NCBI GenBank assembly: GCA_013166835.1
Contig: JABLTI010000001.1
Coordinates: 1-64,000 of the forward strand
Origin: Promethearchaeati archaeon
GTDB taxonomy: Archaea > Asgardarchaeota > Heimdallarchaeia > JABLTI01
Direction: 5' to 3'
DNA length: 64,000 nucleotides
The notes beneath the pieces were generated by a model. It was given only the letters and a program-made list of their open reading frames with translations, ran no database searches and was not told where the DNA came from. The translations under genes were made by a program, and so were the position numbers. Below, in pieces: positions 58,575 to 64,000 of the stretch (positions are counted from its first letter, which is position 1; each line of letters starts with the position of its first letter).

Positions 58575-59054
58575 ATGACTATTTATCGGATTCGAGGGTT
58601 TAACCCGGAAACAGATTTGGAAGCTGTTCAAAATATCAATAGAAAATGCTTGCCAGAGAATTACCCCAGATTTTTCTTCACTGATATTTATAATAAATTC
58701 CCAGAAGGGTTCAATGTCGCTCAAATCGAAGAAACAGGAGAGTTAGCTGGGTACGGGATGACTCGAATAGAGAAGGGATTATCTAACTTTGGTTTTGGTA
58801 TTTGTAAGAAGGGACATATAATTTCTATTGCTGTGTTACCAAGTTTCCGACGCTTGGGGGTAGCTAATAAACTCATGGCTGCTGCTTCATCTGCTATGAG
58901 ATTACGAGATGTAAAAGAAGTTTATTTGGAAGTTCGAGAATCGAATCAAGCTGCAATTAATCTCTACCAAAATTTGGGCTATATCTCTCATAAGCTCTCA
59001 AAGAAATATTATAGTGACGGCGAAACTGCTCTCATTATGATAAGCAAAATCTAA
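58575..59054 (+). CDS. ard1: N-terminal acetyltransferase (Ard1/RimI)
   Basis: LPENY, GHIISIAV, RRLGVA, LEVRESN, YYSDGE. Confidence 0.9.
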   Translation: MTIYRIRGFNPETDLEAVQNINRKCLPENYPRFFFTDIYNKFPEGFNVAQIEETGELAGYGMTRIEKGLSNFGFGICKKGHIISIAVLPSFRRLGVANKLMAAASSAMRLRDVKEVYLEVRESNQAAINLYQNLGYISHKLSKKYYSDGETALIMISKI

Positions 59055-59141
59055 TTTTATTCAGATTTTTAGTTGCTATTTTCAAATTCATTTGTTTTTG
59101 AATTAAAAAATAAAAAAAAGAGTGATAATGGAAGACTTGTT

Positions 59142-60806
59142 TTAGAAGTCGTCCATACCAGGCATACCGCCAGGCATTCCACCGGGCATTCCACCGGGCA
59201 TTCCACCAGGCATACCGCCAGTAGATTTAGCAGCAATAATATCATCAATTCTCAAGATCATTTGAGCGGCTTCACTAGCAGATGAAATTGCTTGTCGGGC
59301 AACACTAACAGGTTCAAAGATTTTTAATTTAACCATGTCTGTTGGTTTTCCGGTTTCTAAGTTTACACCAGCAGTGTCAGAACCTTTGTCGTGTGCAGCT
59401 CTTAAAGCAACGAGAGCATCGATAGGATCAAGACCAGCATTCTCAGCTAATGTTCTTGGAATAATTTCAAGTGCTTCAGCGAATTTCTCAACAGCGAGTT
59501 GTTCTCTACCAGCTAGAGTGTTGGCGTAGACCTTCAACTTTCTAGAGAGATAAATTTCAGGTGCACCACCACCAGGAACGACTAATCCATCTTGGATTAT
59601 GTTTCTGATGACACAAAGAGCATCATGAATGGATCGCTCAGCTTCATCAACGATTAAATCGCTACCACCACGAATCAAAATGCTGACACTTTTAGGATTT
59701 GGACAACCTTCTACGAAAATGAAGTCGTCATCACCGATTTTACGTTCTTCAACAACACCAGCTTGTCCCAAATCTGACTTATCAACACCTTCAATTCTAG
59801 TGACGAGCTTTGCACCAGTAGCCATGCTAAGTTTTTCCATGTCGGATTTTTTGATTCTGCGAACTGCAATAACACCTTTTTTAGCTAAGAAGTGTTGAGC
59901 AAGGTCGTCAATACCTTTCTGGGAGAGAATGACGTTAGCACCAGTTGCAATAATCTTATCAACCATGTCTTCAATCATTTGTTGTTCTTGGTCGAGGAAA
60001 GACTTCATTTGATCGGGACTTGTAATATTGATTTTAGCATCGAATTCAGTCTTGGTGACTTCTATAGCAGCATCAATAAGCATAATTCTAGCATTTTCAA
60101 TTTTCTTTGGCATGCCTGAATGAACTACGCTTTTATCAAGAATAATACCCTTGATAAGTTCGGTTTCCTTGATAGATTCACCTTTCTTTTTCTCAACTTT
60201 TACATTATCAATATCACAAACCTTCTTGTTATCCTCATCAACAGTGACTTGCAGAGCCGCATCAATAACAAGATTAGCAAGGTACTCGCTGTGACCTGCA
60301 ATAACTTTACTGCCCATAGAAGTGCGAACACTTTCTTTGAGCATGGAACGGTCAGTAATATCAACCTTAATGGCCATTTTATCCAAATGGTCTAAGGCAT
60401 GACTAGTAGCTTTACGATACCCATCAACGATAATGCTAGCATGAACATCCTGAGATAATAACTCCTCAGCTTGCTTCAATAATTCACCAGCAATGATGAC
60501 AACAGTAGTTGTCCCGTCGCCAACCTCATCATCTTGAACTTTCGCTAATTCAACGACGAATTTGGCTGCTGGGTGTTGAATTTCCATTTCCTTAAGAATG
60601 GTAGCACCATCGTTAGTAATCACAACATCACCGAAGGAATCAACAAGCATCTTGTCTAGACCTTTTGGTCCAAGAGCTGATCTGATTGCTTCTGCGATAA
60701 CCTTTGCTGCAGCAATATTGTTTTGCTGAGCATTTCTTCCTTGGGTCCTTTCAGTTCCTTCTCTTAAGAGGAGGACTTGCTGACCACCTATATTTACGAG
60801 ACTCAT
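59142..60806 (-). CDS. ths: thermosome subunit (group II chaperonin)
   Basis: [32 protein letters not shown] tail. Start placed at ATG 60806. Confidence 0.97.
   Translation of the reverse strand: MSLVNIGGQQVLLLREGTERTQGRNAQQNNIAAAKVIAEAIRSALGPKGLDKMLVDSFGDVVITNDGATILKEMEIQHPAAKFVVELAKVQDDEVGDGTTTVVIIAGELLKQAEELLSQDVHASIIVDGYRKATSHALDHLDKMAIKVDITDRSMLKESVRTSMGSKVIAGHSEYLANLVIDAALQVTVDEDNKKVCDIDNVKVEKKKGESIKETELIKGIILDKSVVHSGMPKKIENARIMLIDAAIEVTKTEFDAKINITSPDQMKSFLDQEQQMIEDMVDKIIATGANVILSQKGIDDLAQHFLAKKGVIAVRRIKKSDMEKLSMATGAKLVTRIEGVDKSDLGQAGVVEERKIGDDDFIFVEGCPNPKSVSILIRGGSDLIVDEAERSIHDALCVIRNIIQDGLVVPGGGAPEIYLSRKLKVYANTLAGREQLAVEKFAEALEIIPRTLAENAGLDPIDALVALRAAHDKGSDTAGVNLETGKPTDMVKLKIFEPVSVARQAISSASEAAQMILRIDDIIAAKSTGGMPGGMPGGMPGGMPGGMPGMDDF
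59154..59219 (-). repeat. 12-bp coding tandem repeat (GGMP tail of the thermosome)
   Basis: Encodes GGMP repeated about five times. Confidence 0.9.
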
Positions 60807-60940
60807 TTTATTTTGATTCTCCAATTTTTTTAAAATTTGATTTTTTATTTTGCTTATCTTTCTCAGTAAGCGATTTTCTGGTGATTTGTATTGATATTTA
60901 AATCTTACGTAGACTATTCATTTCAAAAAAGAATGATTGC

Positions 60941-61543
60941 TTAGGTTGTTTTCTTTGCGAAAATCCAGTATTGTATTTCTCCACCTAGTTTCAATACTCC
61001 TTCAAATATTATTTCAAACCCCGTTTCTTTGACAAAAGCTAAAGTCTTTTGCGGATTATTATTGCTCCAGAGCATGGGTTCTCCAAAGAACTCACTCATT
61101 CCTTCGGATTCATATATTCCAGTGTTTATAACTAATATGCCATTGTCCTTTATCATTCGATGAAAATTCCTAAGGATAAATGAATGATCTACTCTTGGTA
61201 TATGCCAGAGAGTATAAACACATATAATTCCATCAAAAGAATTATCTGGAAAATCCAAAGTGAGGATATTTTTTTGATAAAATGAACCTTCTGGAATATT
61301 TTGTTTTGCTAATTCAATCATCTTCTTGGATATATCAACACCAGTTACTTTGAATCCTTTTTTTGCTAGAAATTCCGAAACAGGTTTTCCGACACCGCAG
61401 CCAGCATCTAGTACCTCTCCTGAACTAGGTAGTAATTTGGCAAATTTTTCTAATTCATTTTTGAATTTCTCATTATCTCGGAAGTTATGATATTCTTCTC
61501 CCATTTTATCATAACTTTCTTCGATGGTTTTGAAGATGTTCAT
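60941..61543 (-). CDS. class I SAM-dependent methyltransferase
   Basis: VLDAGCGVG, GVDIS, FDGI. Start placed at ATG 61543. Confidence 0.9.
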   Translation of the reverse strand: MNIFKTIEESYDKMGEEYHNFRDNEKFKNELEKFAKLLPSSGEVLDAGCGVGKPVSEFLAKKGFKVTGVDISKKMIELAKQNIPEGSFYQKNILTLDFPDNSFDGIICVYTLWHIPRVDHSFILRNFHRMIKDNGILVINTGIYESEGMSEFFGEPMLWSNNNPQKTLAFVKETGFEIIFEGVLKLGGEIQYWIFAKKTT

Positions 61544-61653
61544 AATTAACTGATAGTGAAAAATACTCAAATGCTTATTTATTAACAAACTAAATTTCTG
61601 AGGTATTAAAACATTAGAAAAAAAATTGAATGAGAAAACTGCTCTCATTTCTA

Positions 61654-62520
61654 TTATCCAAAATCTGCTACTATGGCAATTGCTGAAGGACCAACATGAG
61701 CAGTAATAGCTGCTCTAGTTTGTACAATTCTCATTTCTTCTTTAGTTGTTATATATTCTTTCAAATGAGTTTCTGCTTGATTCTTCAACTTTTCATTAGT
61801 AGCATACACTAGAGCTATTTTTCTTGGAAAGCGTTTTCCATCATTTGTTACAAGTTTTGTAATTTTTTCTAAACCTTCCTTAATACTCCCAATAGCACCT
61901 ACTGGCTCTAAGGATCCATCTTCCGCTGTTCTTATTATTACCATTTTCCGAAGAAGTCTTGCTGCAAGGTATCTTGTTAAACTAATTCTTCCACCGCGAT
62001 AGAGATACTTTAATGATGGGATAAGAAGAAAGGAAAAAATATTCTTCACTAGTTTCTCTAAATGAGTAGTAATTTCTTTCGCAGATTGCCCCTTTTTTAT
62101 TAAATCTATAGCTTCTTCAATCAGGAATCCCTCAGCGTAAGAAGCATTCTTAGAATCAATTATATGTAATGTTACATCTTGTTGGGTTGATTTTATATTT
62201 TTACTTGCGACATTTATACTATTTAGAGTACCACTTAATGCTCCGCTAATACAAATCACAATAATATCCTTCTTCCCTTGTTCTATTAATTTTTCAAAAG
62301 CTTTATAGAATTCTTGTGGAGTGGGTTGAGAAGTTTTTGGTAAGAAATTCTTATCTATTTCATAATTATTATAGTGCTTTTTGAAATCATAATCTCTAGT
62401 TTCTTTGAAAGATTTGTCTTCATTGATTATCGTTAAAGGGACAATTGTAACTTCATTCTTATCTGCATATTCCCAAGTAATATCTGAAGCACTATCTGTC
62501 ACAATTCCTATTTTATTCAT
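61654..62520 (-). CDS. DegV family fatty-acid-binding protein (second copy)
   Basis: TDSASD, PKTSQP, ISGALSGT, IDS, L.RGGRI, AHVGP. Confidence 0.92.
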   Translation of the reverse strand: MNKIGIVTDSASDITWEYADKNEVTIVPLTIINEDKSFKETRDYDFKKHYNNYEIDKNFLPKTSQPTPQEFYKAFEKLIEQGKKDIIVICISGALSGTLNSINVASKNIKSTQQDVTLHIIDSKNASYAEGFLIEEAIDLIKKGQSAKEITTHLEKLVKNIFSFLLIPSLKYLYRGGRISLTRYLAARLLRKMVIIRTAEDGSLEPVGAIGSIKEGLEKITKLVTNDGKRFPRKIALVYATNEKLKNQAETHLKEYITTKEEMRIVQTRAAITAHVGPSAIAIVADFG

Positions 62521-62718
62521 AATTTACAAGTCCATTTTTGATTTTTTTATCGATGGTTAGTATAGTTAGGAATTGTATAAAAATCTGAACAATTTAACTT
62601 ATTAATGTATAAGAAGTAAAACTGTGAATTAAAAATTTTTTTAATTTTTACGCACGATAGATTAAACCGTTTATTAATTCTTAATTGATTCCAAAGTACT
62701 TAAAATCTAATTGATTAT

Positions 62719-63093
62719 TCATCTTAGAAATTCCTGTAAATTGGTTTTATCAACGCTAATTTTCGGTATCTTATTCAGAAGTTTCTTAGCAATTTCCGCT
62801 AGAATTTGTTTTACTCTATCTGTTTTCTCAATATCTAGTCCAGGATATATTCGAATAACAATACCATCTTCACGGTTATTTATCATTGCGAGAAAACCAA
62901 TTTTGTTACCATTTTGAATTGCTAATGATTCAATTAAAATCGATTGCTTATTTTTATCTAAATAATGATTTGTCGTTTTTAGAAGTCCATCCGGCAGTTT
63001 AATCATTATGTCTTCTAAAACATTAAATGACTTTTCAGAATCTATATCTCCAGTTAAAACTACATGTGGCATTTCTATCACTTTGTAACTCAT
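62719..63093 (-). CDS. hypothetical protein
   Basis: 124-aa ORF with normal codon usage, co-oriented with its neighbours. Confidence 0.65.
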   Translation of the reverse strand: MSYKVIEMPHVVLTGDIDSEKSFNVLEDIMIKLPDGLLKTTNHYLDKNKQSILIESLAIQNGNKIGFLAMINNREDGIVIRIYPGLDIEKTDRVKQILAEIAKKLLNKIPKISVDKTNLQEFLR

Positions 63094-63132
63094 TTCTTTT
63101 CTATTTAATTAAAACAAAAAAATGAAAAGAAA

Positions 63133-63981
63133 TTATGTAGTTGCACTACTTTTTCTTTTCGTGAGTAATCTATAGGATGAAAACCCAATTAGAATTACAA
63201 TTAATCCTATACCTATTCCTGCTGCAAGAACAACTCCTAGTAAGAATCCATCTTGGACTCTTTTTACTATTATTCCAGTTAATGCCCAGACAACGATTAA
63301 GCTATAAGCAATATCATTTCTGAAAAATAGCATTAGAAGTGTTATAATTGTAGCAACAGATATCACTATTATTGTCCAGAATACTTGCCAAAATTGTGTT
63401 GGGGCAATCACTGTATCCCAACCTAGATCTACAAGTGTAGCAGTCACATTTGCAACAGTAGCAATAGTAATCCATCCAAAATAAAGGCTGATTGGTACGT
63501 GGATAAACCATTTTTCTTTAGACGAAGCTTCATCATTCCTTCCTATACGTAATCTAAGATACATTGCTAATAGTGATCCAAATAGAACCAACATAGCAAT
63601 TAAGGAAACAAATACTGGAAATGGCCCGTTAACTAATGGTGGATTGGATTGATAATGCCAGAAGAAAATCCACGAAATATTCGCTATAGAAGCAATAATA
63701 AATTCTATCCCAAATTTATCGAGAAACTCTGGTGGCTCTTGATCCTTTACAAACCAAGACTTAATACTATAGATTGTGAGGGCAATCAAACCTATGTAAA
63801 TAACATTCCATACAAGAAAGGTTATTCCCCAAGGTACAAACAGATTAGGAAGTCCATCAGACAAGGTTCCTGGATCGACGTTATTGATAAAGTTGAAAGC
63901 AGAAAGTAAATTGATAACTAAAGTACCAATGACACCTAATAGAATTCCTATTTGTAAGAATACTCTTCCGATTTTATTCAT
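63133..63981 (-). CDS. tryptophan-rich sensory (TspO-like) membrane protein
   Basis: FVPWGITFLVWNVIY, NISWIFFWH, SLYFGWITIA, VWAL.GI. Confidence 0.8.
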   Translation of the reverse strand: MNKIGRVFLQIGILLGVIGTLVINLLSAFNFINNVDPGTLSDGLPNLFVPWGITFLVWNVIYIGLIALTIYSIKSWFVKDQEPPEFLDKFGIEFIIASIANISWIFFWHYQSNPPLVNGPFPVFVSLIAMLVLFGSLLAMYLRLRIGRNDEASSKEKWFIHVPISLYFGWITIATVANVTATLVDLGWDTVIAPTQFWQVFWTIIVISVATIITLLMLFFRNDIAYSLIVVWALTGIIVKRVQDGFLLGVVLAAGIGIGLIVILIGFSSYRLLTKRKSSATT

Positions 63982-64000
63982 ATTAAATCACTATATCTAC

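Noticed and set aside
59154-59219. 12-bp tandem repeat as CRISPR/VNTR
   Set aside because: It encodes the ordinary GGM-rich chaperonin tail.
1-64000. CRISPR arrays, tRNA/rRNA genes, transposases, integrases
   Set aside because: No spaced repeats, cloverleaf with T-loop consensus, rRNA-like tract or recombinase motifs were recognised by eye; tRNAscan/Infernal were not run.

Overview
AT-rich, gene-dense archaeal chromosomal window. Thermosome, SRP19, Gar1 and Ard1-type NAT show it is archaeal; the very large REC-PAS-GAF sensors, DegV paralogs, UppP and stand-alone 7TM protein suggest an Asgard archaeon, possibly Heimdallarchaeia (inference, not searched). It holds about 55 CDSs: an arsM-aspartyl protease-arsR module, two tandem sensors without output domains, a heterodimeric ABC exporter with a divergent tandem-RHH regulator, a surface-glycosylation locus, an SDR-SDR-gcvPA-gcvPB-NAD kinase operon, tandem zinc-ribbon site-2 proteases and housekeeping genes. 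I recognised no tRNA, rRNA, CRISPR array or transposase. The best unexplained signals are absent from the ORF track: (1) a ~140-nt pseudoknotted, multi-hairpin candidate ncRNA at 47661-47797 (minus strand, own TATA box, mutually exclusive 3' hairpin), near a divergent TFB-like gene; (2) a promoter/RBS/hairpin-bounded pair of similar 28-aa micro-ORFs at 41483-41691; (3) a probable CTG start for gar1; (4) paired 25-bp operator-like repeats at 14630-14710. All family calls come from motif recognition by eye; no database searches were run.
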